NCBI RefSeq assembly: GCF_009914755.1
Contig: NC_060933.1
Source of the DNA: the human T2T-CHM13v2.0 reference genome, Homo sapiens
DNA length: 64,000 nucleotides
Direction: 5' to 3' (one strand)
How positions within the stretch are numbered: position 1 is the first letter of the stretch; each line of letters opens with the position of its first letter. Positions 25,280 through 37,320 of this stretch are shown here, in pieces. A model generated the notes under the pieces. That model saw only the letters and a list, made by a program, of their open reading frames with translations, did not search any database and was not told the DNA's origin. A program made the translations under genes and the position numbers.

Positions 25280-27129
25280 TTGTTAATGTTACTGAAACAC
25301 CAGGAGTTCAGTCTAGGTCCTGCTGTTTCCTCACTTTATACATTTTGATGACTAATAGGGCACAACTCTTCTTGTTTAAAATGTATCTAGATATTCTTGA
25401 CTCTATTTTATCAGATTAACATGAACATTTTAAAATTTCTTCCACTCTATCAGCACTTTCCTACTAGTTTGCCTGAAAATGTAAGAAAAATTATATCAAA
25501 TCTATAAATTAATTTGGTAAAAAATAGATTTTTAAATAAATTTATCTTAAATTTATGACTTTTAGTCAAGTTTTGTCATAAGTATTCTCCATATTTCTTG
25601 TTTCTTACATATATGAGCATTTACAGTATATAAAATGTATTTTTATATTACATATGTATAATTAGAAAATTTCAGTCTCAGGTATTTCTTTTAAATAGCA
25701 ACTATTGCGAAGTGAGTTGCGAAGTGAGTTGCAAAGCAAATTTCTACTAATTTAATCATATTTTACCATTAATTGACTTTATATCACGGGAGAAACACTG
25801 TACTATGTAAAATATTTCTCTAGGTTAAAATGTTTATGTGATAAAATGATATTTTTAGAAAAGTAGTGACTAAATACATTGTGCTACAAAATATGATCAC
25901 ATCAAGCAAATTGATGCTATGTTTAGCAGTTGGCTGGAAATTATGATCCTAGGAGGAAAGAGAGATTGGTTCCTGAGAATGAATGAAGATTCAAGTAAGC
26001 TGGATTTTGAGCCTGATAGTAAGAGTCATATTCTGCAAATAAGCATAGACTCAGTTGTAAATCAGTAGATTTAATAAATGGAGTTTCATGCTACACAATC
26101 TTCTATTGCATCTTCTGCTTATTTCTGTTCAGCAAGGCTAATGTTGCTACTCTTGAATAGCTACCCACTTTTCCTTTGAAGTTTACATTCTTTGTTTTAG
26201 TTATCACTCTTTCCAAATTTTTTCTAGTGAAGCATAATTTCTATATACATATACATATTCATACACATACATACACACGTGCATGCACACACACATATTT
26301 ATAATCTTTGACAGTATATCGTGATGGTTAAAAGCATAATTTTAAATTGTTTTAAAACAATTTTGTGAAAGGGGGATATCAATACTAAACATGATAAATT
26401 ATAAGATGAAACAAAAAGTAAGTACAATTATTTATAAGATGTAATAAGTATTATATCTTATAGCTATAATAACACTTATATCTTATAAATAATTGTACTA
26501 ATTTTTGTACTTATTTTATCTTATAACTAAGATATAATAAGCATTCAACTACTGAGAATGTTCTACATTATTATAAGAAATACTTAATGATATTATTACA
26601 TAGTTAAGTATGGAACTATATATTAGAATATACAGCACCTTAAAGTCATAGCAATAAGAAGCATTACCAACACTATTGTGAGTTTTATATCATAAAATCC
26701 TGTCACAAATAGTAAATATATTATCAAAATGTCAGCAAGTAAAAAAGTTCTATTTTATAAAACAATTTGTATCTTTCATTTCTATCATGGTGGTCCTAGG
26801 CCTTTGCATTACAATAGGTGTATTAAAGAAAAGTTGAGAACCATTTTTCTAAAGCATTCTTTATGGTGGAATATTTGAAACAACATTATATTTGGAATCA
26901 GAAAGCCTGAATATAAACCCTGTCTTAGGTATCACCAGTTTTGTGGCAGTGTCTATCAGTTAAAACTTATTAAATATCTCTTGTATCATTTCTGAAATAA
27001 GAAGAATAATTATTGCTTATCTCACAGGTTTGTGTACTTATCAAATTAATTAGGAAAATACATTGTGTGTTTGATGTAAATGCTAACATTAATAAAATCA
27101 GTTTGGTGTGCTTAGATTAAAAAGAAGTT

Positions 27130-28135
27130 ACAATAAAACTGGCTCGTGGTCTAATCTTGACTACAGTCACTTACCAGCTTTATCAGTGTAAGCATGTTAT
27201 TCAACCTATTGATTTTATCTGTACAATGTGGTTAATAATGAAACCACCTTTGCAAAGTGTATGACCACAAAGAAGTCTAGCATGGCTGACTCCATCTTGC
27301 TTCTAGCCTCACAGGCTGGCTGTTCTCACTAATTCTTGGCCTAAACCAAGCTAACCATAGGAGGAATTGATTTTATCATTTAACTTTAAAGCAAGGGTGA
27401 CAACAGTACCTCTCTAAAACTGACCACTCCTTGTTCAGGGACTGAAACTGCCTTTGTAAAACTAATGAAAAGCCACAAGGTTAGGATTATGGGAGGGGCC
27501 TGAATTCTGCTAAAATGTAGGCATATTTGAAAGATGATTAGCCATTGTTCCCTAGCTTGATTTTCTATAATTCCTTACAGTTGGGGAGTCTTGTGGCCAG
27601 AGGTCACAAAATTTGTGACTTCTCCAATTAATCCTATAGATACTTCACTATTGTAGAACATGAGATTGGTCTTTGGAGATATTTTTTAGGCTTCTGCATT
27701 CTGGAGACTGACTGACTACACCCCCCAGACCTGTGACTCATGACTCAGCTGACCCTGTGGTCCCCATCCAGAGGCTAATTCGGGATATGAGGACCATTTT
27801 CCACACCCCTATGCCTTCATGCTCAACCAGTCAGCAGCACCCATTCCCTAGCCCCCTTGACCACCAAATTATCCATAAAACCCTGGCCTCTGAGTTCTCA
27901 GGGAGGCTGCTTTACCTAATAAACTCAGTCTAATGCTTGGCTAGCCTGTGTTAATTAAACTCTTTCTGTGCTGCACAAATCTGCTGTTCTTAGTGCATTG
28001 GCTTTTTTCTGGGCAGCAGGCAAGATGAACCCATTATGTGATGACAATAATATTGCTCTACAGTTACTCAGGTGATTAAATGAGATAGTTAATACTTAAT
28101 GCCTGCCTCTCAATAGATATAGGCATTATTATTGC
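27130..28135 (+). mobile_element. MIR split by the LTR8A insertion
   Basis: MIR core ...tttatctgtacaatgtggttaataa resumes after the LTR as ataatattgctctacagttactcaggtgattaaatgagatag. Confidence 0.6.
27239..28046 (+). mobile_element. LTR8A-like ERV1 solo LTR
   Basis: tgaaaccacctttgcaaag...catggctgactccatcttgcttctagcctcacaggctggc. TG...CA ends. Perfect 4-bp TSD ATAA (27235-27238 and 28047-28050). Confidence 0.9.
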
Positions 28136-30248
28136 CTTTGTTTGCGATTATGGTTGCTGGTATTATTATTACTCACCCACAAACACTTTTTATTGTCTTG
28201 CACTTTTGAAAAATATTTAACTAATACTTATCAATTTACTAAGAATGACACTTCAATCATATGTTTCTGGACAAGTAGAAAAAGGCTAGACAATATCCAC
28301 TATCTTGTGTGTTACTCCTTATTTCTCTGCTTCACTAATGCAAAATGGAAAGCTACACATTGCTTCAGTGTATTTAAGGACAAATAATTTTGTGTTCTCA
28401 ACTTAAGAGGACCCCTTCCCATTGCTCTATTGTACTTATATTAACTAATGGTGGAAATAACTTTTTTGGAATTTATAGAATGTACTCCAGTTCATTATTT
28501 TTACTCTTTAAACATCCAGATCTTGAAAGCTAATCTGAAATATGTGTTACTATCTCCACTAGTGCTGTTTTATCTTGTATATTATTTATTTGGAATATTG
28601 GATACAGATATTAATAGCTTTATTCTTGAGGTTAAAATGGTTCTCTCTTCAGTCTTTTGTGAGAGCTTTCCACTTATGCAAACTTCAATAATGTATTTGT
28701 GATATCTATATCATGTTTTAAAAGTTAAATTTGGCAAAAGCATTGCAAGGATATCTGGAGACTCTTTTCTTGTCCTCTGTAGCAATATTTAGGTTTAAGA
28801 TGATCAATTTTTGCCTTTCAAAACCAGAAGTACTAAAAAGTCCTTAAGGGCTCAGCTTGATTGATTTCACTTATAATAAAGAACATAATATCCATTATGA
28901 TCACTTGCCTTGCTATTATTCCTTTAAAAATATAGGATGCAGAAAGAGGAACTTGATTAAAGGAAGTTTTTTAAAATGTGGAAAACAGCAGAATCTTGGT
29001 TTTTTTTGGAGAATAAGAATAAAAATTTTGCCCTTTTAATGTCTTGTTCTAAGGGCTTTTAGTTGTGAAACATATTAAATATACCAGAACACATTAGAGA
29101 CAGCCACTTAGGTCCATTCTATTCTACCTGTTATCTGATGTTCACATTTAACTACTGGCCTTTCTTATACCCCAGTATAAGCAAGTTAAAAAATTTTAAT
29201 TTTTTAAATTGCTTGGTATCCTGGTACAAAAGAAAATTAAATGCTGTCTCCTTGGGTTATCAATCCTCAATACTTGTGTGATTAGTGTCTTCTGAAGAGT
29301 AACTTCACTGTGCTCACAGATGTATTGCTAAAGTTTTAATTTTGTAGACAGAGACCTGAAAGTGCTGTACTCTGTGTAGGTCATAGATTATTTGCTCAAG
29401 AAAAGAAGGAACATTTAAGTAATGAAGATCTATAATAAAAGTACTCACGGTAATGTTACACTAAACCAATGACCATGTTAGATAGCCTGGTGAAATTTAA
29501 ACTGGAGTGAGACTGTTAATAGATTTCAGAAGTGAGTAACTTAGCTTCACCCTGATTCTAAGAAAAGATGTTCCTGTTGAAATGCTATGCCATTTCTAAG
29601 GTTTCTGGCATTTATGGTGCTCATGAAACTGTAGAACCATAAAATATCAAAGAAGTTTTACAAAATTAGCCCCAAGGAGCAATTTAAAATCAGCTGGTTA
29701 AATGAAACTGCCTTGGCAATTTTTTTAAAGGCACGTGAGAGCCAGAAAGGAGGTTAAATGGAGGTTCACTCTCTTTCCTAACTCCCCAAATGTCATGATT
29801 TCATAAGTCATTCCTCCCTATTGGTGCTCAAGTTTTATTCTCCTCTGTATTAGTATTTGAGGGGAAGTAATTTATTTGAAAAATACATTCTAAAAGCTAC
29901 ATTTTTGCTTAAATCCTTTACAGTTGTTGATGTGCAGGTAGTGCTGACTTTATCCCTTTCAACCTGGGAAGCTTACAGGTAGAGGTCAGGAATTACAGAA
30001 AAAAAACCCCTCACTTATTACTTTGAAGACATTTCCAGTTCACACAATTCAGGAGTGCTTTTTTGCTTTTGTTTTTGCTATAATAGCTTTTTAAATTTGT
30101 ATATAATATATTCCTGATCTGCATCTGCATTAAAAAAGATCTGAAAATATAAATTCCATATTTCTCATAAATACAATTTTATGAAGCATTAGACAATATC
30201 TTAACTTGAGCACACATACTAGCACTATTTATGAAATAAAAAAAAAAT

Positions 30249-30571
<323 letters not shown>

Positions 30572-30703
30572 TTACAAATAAGTTAATAATTAAATACATT
30601 TGATATGTATATGCAAATTGATCTAGACAGTCATTACAAACTTTTTATAAAAAACTTTTATTAATTTTAGGAAAACACGTAATTAAATGCAAGATAAAAT
30701 GTA

Positions 30704-30935
30704 TGTTTTAGTCCATTCAGGCTGTTATAACAAAATACCATGAAGTGAGTACCTTATAAACAACAGAAATTTATTTCTCACAGTTCTGGAGACTGTGAAG
30801 TCTAAGAACCACGAGAGGTCTGTCCTCATAACCTAATCACCTTCCGAAGGCCCACCTTCTAATACCATCACAGTAATTAGATTTCAAAATATGAATTTGG
30901 GAGGAATTTTGAAAAGCTACAGTAAGACCATAGTA
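30704..30935 (-). mobile_element. MLT1A-like MaLR LTR with internal deletion
   Basis: tagtccattcaggctgttataacaaaatacca...aacaacagaaatttatttctcacagttctggag...cctaatcaccttccgaaggcccaccttctaataccatcac. Confidence 0.8.
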
Positions 30936-30984
30936 ATGATTTATTTAAATATAATGTCAAATTTGTTTAAATGGGTTTACCCCA

Positions 30985-33900
30985 TAATTACCAAGGTATA
31001 ATTTACAAAAATTGTATTTAAGGTGTACAACATGATATTTTGGTATACATATACATTGTGAAATGATCACCATAATCAATGTAATTAGCATATCCATTAT
31101 CTCATATAGTAATTGTTCTTTACGTGAGTGGTAAGACTACTTAGGATGTACTCTTTTTGTAAATTTCAAGTGTACAATTCATTATTATTAAATATAATCA
31201 TATTAGATCTCCAGAACTTACTCATAATTAAAATGTTGTGTGCTTTAACCAACATCTTCCCATTCCCCCAGCCCCAATCCCAGGTAGTCATTATTCTACT
31301 CTATTTCTATGATTTAACTTTTTTAGATTTCACCTGTGAGATTATGCTGTATTTCTCTTTCTGTTTTTGACTTGTTTTAATAGCATAATGTCTTCTAGGT
31401 TCATTCATGCTGTTACAAAGAACAGGATTACCTTTTCTTAAGGCTGAGAAATATTCAATTTATATATATCACATTTTCTTTCTCCATCCACTTGCAGATA
31501 CTAGATTATTCCATATCTTAGCTATTGTAAATAATGCAGCAATGAACATAGAAGTGCAGCTATTTCTTTTGTGATAATGACTTTATTGCCTTTGTATATA
31601 CACCCAAAAGAAGAATTGCTGGGTCATACAGTATTTTAATTCCTAATTTTTTGAAAAATCCCCATATTGTTTTTCTATATGGCCTTTTAGAATAAATGTA
31701 CGAGTTCATTTTTGTATACATTCGCAACAACAATCGTTACCTCTTACTTTTTGATAATAGAAATAGTAAGATGTGTGAAATAATTACCTCATTGTGGTTT
31801 TGATTACATTTCTCTAATGATTCGTGATGTTGAGCACCTTTTTATAAATCTGTTGGCTACTCATATGTCTCCTTCGGAAAAACCTGTCTTCAGATCCCTT
31901 ACTGTTAAGCAGGTTATTTATTTATTTTTCTATATAGTTATATGAATTTCTGGTATATTTTGGATATTAAACCCTTATCACATACACGGTTTAAAAATAT
32001 ATTTTTCACAGTCTGTAGGTTGCCTTTTTACTTTGCTAATTATTTCCTTTGCTGTGCAGAAATTTTTAGTTTGATGTAGTTCCACCTGCTCATTTTTGCT
32101 TTTTTTCTTGTGCTTTTGGGATCGTATTCAAAAGTCATGCCCAAACCAATGTCATGTAGCTTTTCCCCTATGTTTTCTTGTAAGAGTTTTATAGTTTCAG
32201 TGTTACATTTAAGTTTTTAATCCATTTTGAGCTGATTTTTTATTTGGTGTGTGATAAAGGTCTAATATCATTCTTCTTTCTGACAATATGGATATTCAGT
32301 TTTCCCAATGTAATTTATTCAAGATACTATGCTTTCTCCATTGTGTATTATTGGTGTCTTTGTCAAAGATTAATTGACTAAGTATTTGTAGGTTTATTTC
32401 CAGACTTTCTATTCTGTACATTTTCTACATGTCTATTTTTATGCCAGTACCATAATTGATTATTGTAGCTTCATAAAATAATTTGAAATCAGGAACTGTG
32501 AGACTTCCAACTTTGTTCTTCTTTCTTAAGGTCACTTAAGGTATTCAGGAACTTTTGTTGTTCCATGTGATTTTTTAGGGTTGTTTTCTCTATTTCTGTG
32601 AAATATGCCTTTACATTTTCTATAGAAAATGCATTGAATTTGTAAATCACTTTGGGTAATAGGTACATTTAAACAATATTAATTCAGATTCATCAACATG
32701 GATTTTTTTCATTTATGTTTGTTTTCTTCAATTTCTAATCAATATCTTATACTTTTTATTATACATATTTTTCACTTCAGTGTTTAAATTTACTGGTAAG
32801 GTTTGTTGATACTGTTGTAAATGGGGTAATTTTTAAATTTAATTTATGAATAGTTTATTATTAGTATCTAATAAACACAACTGATTTTTGTGTGTAAATT
32901 GTGTATCCTGGAATTTTACTAATTTTTTAATTAGTTATATCATTTTTTGGTTGACTCTTTAAGACCTTTCTATATATAAGATTATGTTATCTGCAAACAG
33001 AAAGTTTTACTTTTCCCTTTTTGATTTGGATGCCTTTTATTTATTGTATTTCCTGCCCAATCACTATAGCAGCATTTCCAGTAATGTGTTGAATAGAAGT
33101 GGCAACAGTAGTCAAGTTGCCCAATTTTCCCATGTTAGTGACTTCCAGTTTCATACCATTTTGGATATAAAGACGTTTTCAATCTTCTTAAATTTGTTAA
33201 GACTTGGTTTGCGGCCTAACATATGATCCATCCTGATCAACACTACATGTGCAGTTGAGAAAAATGTATATTCTGGTGCTATTGGATATAATGTTCTGTA
33301 AATGTATGCTGGGTCCATTAGGTCTAAATTGTCTTGTTTCTGTTCTTTAAGGAAAACCTGTTAGCTATTTACTATTAATATGATGTTAGCTATCGGCTTC
33401 TCATGTAAGTACTTTACTGTGTTGAGGTACATTCCTTCTATACCTTATTTCCTAACCTTTTCTTTTTTTATCATGAGAGGATATTGTACTTTCTAAAATG
33501 CTCTTTTTCCTGCGCATATTGAGGTGATTACACATTTTTCCTTTATCTTTTAAATGTGGTATATCACATTTACTGATTTTAGTAGGTTGGATCATCCTGG
33601 CCTCTCAGCATCTCATGGATACATTTCACTAGATCAAAGTATCATCTTTTAAATTTACTGTTTAAAACAGTTTGCTATTTATTTTTTTGAGGATTTTTGC
33701 ATATATGTTCATCTGGGGTATTGGCTTGTAAATTTTTTTTGTACTGTCCTTGTCTGGCCTTGACATCAGGGGAATGGTAGCTTCATAAAAAGAGTTTGGA
33801 AAAGTCCCCTCTCTTCAGTTTTATGAATAATTCGAGAAAGATTGCTATCAATTATCAAATTGGTATAATTCACCAGAGAAGCCATGTGGTCCTAGACTTT

Positions 33901-35570
33901 TGCTTGATAGAAGATTTTTGGTTACTGACTCAATCCCAAGCCATGAGGTCCTAGACATTTTATCAATAGAAGATTTCTGGTTACTGATTCAATCTCCTCA
34001 CTTGTTAGTGGTCAATTCATATTTTCTAATTCTTTATAATTCAGCTTGTGGGTCGTATTTTTGGTTTAGAAATTTATCAGTTTTCTCTTGGTTATCCAAT
34101 TTGTTGGCATCTTGTCTAGCTAAAGTTTTTCGAAAACTGACCCTTGGTATCAATGATCTTTTCTATTTTTTTCTGTGGACTATGTTTCATTTATTTATGC
34201 TACGATCTTTGACATTTCCTTTCCTCAACTAACTTTGGGCTTAATTTGCTCTTTTTTCTAGTTCATTAATGTGTAAAATTAGGTTTAAAATTTGAGATTT
34301 TCCTTATTTGTTTATGTAAGTAGTTACTGCTATGAAACCATCTTTTAGAGATGCTTTTGCTGTATCCCATACATTTTGGTATATTTTGTTTACATTTCCA
34401 CCTTTCTTTAGATTTTTACCCGTTTGAATTCTTTTTTGACCTATGATGGTTCAGTAATATGTTCCACATATTTGTGAATTTTCCAGTTTTCCTACTGTTA
34501 GTGACTTCTAGTTTCATACCATTTTGGATACAAAGATGTTTTCAATCTTCTTAAATTTGTTAAGACTTGGTTTGCAGCCTAACGTATGATCTATCCTGAT
34601 AAATATTCCATGTGTGCTTGAGAGAAATGTATATTCTGGTGCTATTGGATATAATGTTCTGTATAAGTATGTTGGGTCCATTAGGTCTAAATTGTTTTTC
34701 AAGTCTGATGTATCCCTATTGATTTTCTGTCTGGATGATGTATCCATTGTTGAAAGTGGAGTATTGAAGTCCTCTACTGTTATTGTATTGCTGATCATTT
34801 CTTCCTTCAGATTTGTTAATATTTGCTTTATATGGTATTCTAATGCTAGGTGTATGTATAGTTACAGCTGTTGTATACTCTTGATAAACTCACCCATTCA
34901 TAATTATCTAATGACCTTCTTTGTCTTTTATGATAGTTTTTGACTTACCATCTATTTTGAATAATATAAGTATAGCTTCTCCTGCTCTCTTTTCATTAAT
35001 ATTTGCACACAGTATCCTTTTCCAACACTTTACTTTCAGTCTATGTGTGGCCTTAACCCTGAAGTAAGCATCTTACATGTAGCATACAGTTGAGGCTTAT
35101 AAAAAGAAAAACATTCAGTCACCTTAGGTCTTCAGATTTAAAAATTTAATCCACTTAATTATTGATAAGTTATGACTTTCTGTTGCTATGTTATTGACTG
35201 TTGCTAAATGTTTTCCAGATTCTTTTTCTTTCTCTCTTGTCTTCTTTTGTGATTTCATGATTTTCTGTAATAATATGCTTTGATTCCTTTCTGTTTATCT
35301 TTTGTCTGTCTACTATAGATTTTTGCTTTGTGGTTACCATGAGGCACACATGAAATAGTTAAAGCAGTCTATTTTAAGCTGGTAAAAACTTAAATCGCAT
35401 ACAAAATTCTCCACTTTTACTTTCCCTCTCCACATTCTATTTTTGATGTCACAATTTACATGTTTGCATATTGTGGTTCCATTAACAAAAAAAAAATTAT
35501 TGTAGCTATAGTTATTTTAATTTTTAAGTCTTTTACCCTTTATACCATAGCTCTAAATGATTTACACTCC
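30985..35570 (-). mobile_element. L1MA (L1MA9-like) antisense; 3'UTR, ORF2 and inter-ORF region, with internal duplications
   Basis: Antisense 3' end (tttaaggtgtacaacatgatatttt...attagatctccagaactta). Minus-strand ORF 34514-34798 is L1 endonuclease (EDFNTPLSTMD...RIDHTLG). Confidence 0.88.
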
Positions 35571-35574
35571 ATCT

Positions 35575-36049
35575 TCTTCAAAGATTTAGCTTGTTTAAAT
35601 TTCCTTGTCCTTTGTTCCCTGCTTTCAAGGCCAGACTTTCTTACTTTCTGTGTCCCCCTGCCCTGGTAAACAACTTTCCTGCCAGTCGTTATCTGTAGAG
35701 CCCACATTCCACATCTGCTACCTACTCTGTAAATTACTCCTCCCATCCCAATGGCCCTTCCTGCTGAAACTGTCTTTCCTGCCAGTGTAACTGCATTCTT
35801 GTACTTTTCAAGTTAGCCAACCGGGTGCAGCTTAGATTGTGGAGTTCAACTCCAGCCAGTGGAGGCAGGGCACAGTAGCAGGGGCAAGCTACATTAGGGA
35901 TAAAAACTCCTTGCGTCCTTTGTTTGGGGTGTTCTCAGGGCGACCAGACCTGTGAGAAGCACCCTTCTGCAGAAGTAAATTTGCCTTGCTGAGAAATCCT
36001 TTGTTCGAGTGTTTGCTCTCTTTGCAATTCCGAGCTTTTATTTACGACA
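35575..36049 (+). mobile_element. LTR10-family (HERV-I group) LTR, 5' end unclear or missing
   Basis: agttagccaaccggg...cttagattgtg...tccagcca...gataaaaa...cttctgcagaagtaaatttgccttgctgagaaa...cgaca end. Confidence 0.75.
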
Positions 36050-36205
36050 TCAGGGATTCTCTGAAGGGAGAGTAGCTCATACCCTCACCCAACTGTCCTA
36101 TTAATTTGAACTATAAAGATAGTTCAAGCTGGTACCAAGCATCAAAAAGAGATTCGTCAAAGGTCAGGGCCACCTCCATTCAGAGTCGGTTTGTGGTCAC
36201 CAGTA
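36050..36205 (-). mobile_element. MER4-int leader stub including primer-binding site
   Basis: Minus strand immediately after the LTR reads tacTGGTGACCACAAACCGACtctgaatggaggtggccctgacctttgac, i.e. a TGG-initiated PBS and leader. Confidence 0.7.
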
Positions 36206-36832
36206 TGAAAACCAAAAATTATCTGAGACAAGTCTCAATCAATTTTGAAAGTTTATTATGCCAAGGTTAAGAATGTGCTCCTGATACAGCCTCAGGCAGT
36301 CCTGATGACATGTGCCCAAGGTGATCAGGACACAACTTGGTTTTATACATTTTAGGGAGACATGAGACATCAATCAGTATATGTAAGATGTACGTTGGTT
36401 CAATCTGGAAAGACAGGACAACTAAAAGTGGGGAGGGAGCTTCCAGGTTATGGGTAGATAAGAGACAAACAGTAACAGTGTTTTGGGTTTCTGATTAGCC
36501 TTTTACTGAATATACAATTTACCAGAATAAGGAATAGTCACTTATGCCTTAGTCTTATGCCTTAGAAACACTAGGGCAAGTGAAGCAATCAGATATGCAT
36601 TTGTCTCACATGAGCAGAGGGATGACTTTGAATTCTGTCTGTTCTTTGTCCACAAGGACTTTCCTGTGGGCAAATCGTGAGGGACGTATGTACCTTTTAA
36701 TTTTTTTCAATCTCTGTAGCTATCTTATTTAGGAATAGAATGGGAGGTAAGTTTGCTGGAGGCAGTTCTCAGCTTGACCTTTCCCTTTGGCTTAGTGATT
36801 TGGGAGGTCCTGAGATTTATTTTTCTTTCACA
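36206..36832 (-). mobile_element. MER4A-like ERV1 LTR (5' LTR of a truncated provirus)
   Basis: Reverse complement begins tgtgaaagaaaaataaatctcaggacctcccaaatcactaagccaaagggaaaggtcaagctgagaactgc. TG...CA termini. Confidence 0.88.
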
Positions 36833-36959
36833 GTATTAAGAATGTATGTGAATAATTTTATCATAAAGTACTGAAAAAGAATAATTTGGTTAAGAGCCAC
36901 TCATTAGTGGCCAGTGTAAAGGAAATAGACACTGATTAATTATCAATGGAAACCTAAAA

Positions 36960-37320
36960 TATTTCAACACTCATTGGAAAGAAATTTGGCAGTATTTGAC
37001 AATATTTTAAAATTATATAACTCTTGAGATAGTAAGTTTTCTTTTGTAAATTTGTTTTACACAAATATAGGCACATATAAGCAAATATGTGTGTATACAC
37101 CACAAAAAGAACATTTACTCTCACTTTTAAAAATAAGAGTGAAAGGCAGAGACAATATACATGTTCATCAGTATGATTGAGGCTAAATCAATGGTGGTAC
37201 AGCTATACAATAAAACACTTTATGAATGATTAAAATATGTGGCAGATCTATAGGTAATTAATAGAATAACCTTCAAAATATAATCTTAAGTGAGAAAAAT
37301 GAGGTTCATGTAATTTAAGT
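36960..37320 (+). mobile_element. Old L1ME-type 3' fragment
   Basis: tggaaagaaatttggcagtatt; atgttcatcagta...tggtacagctatacaat; ttaagtgagaaaaa. Confidence 0.55.
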
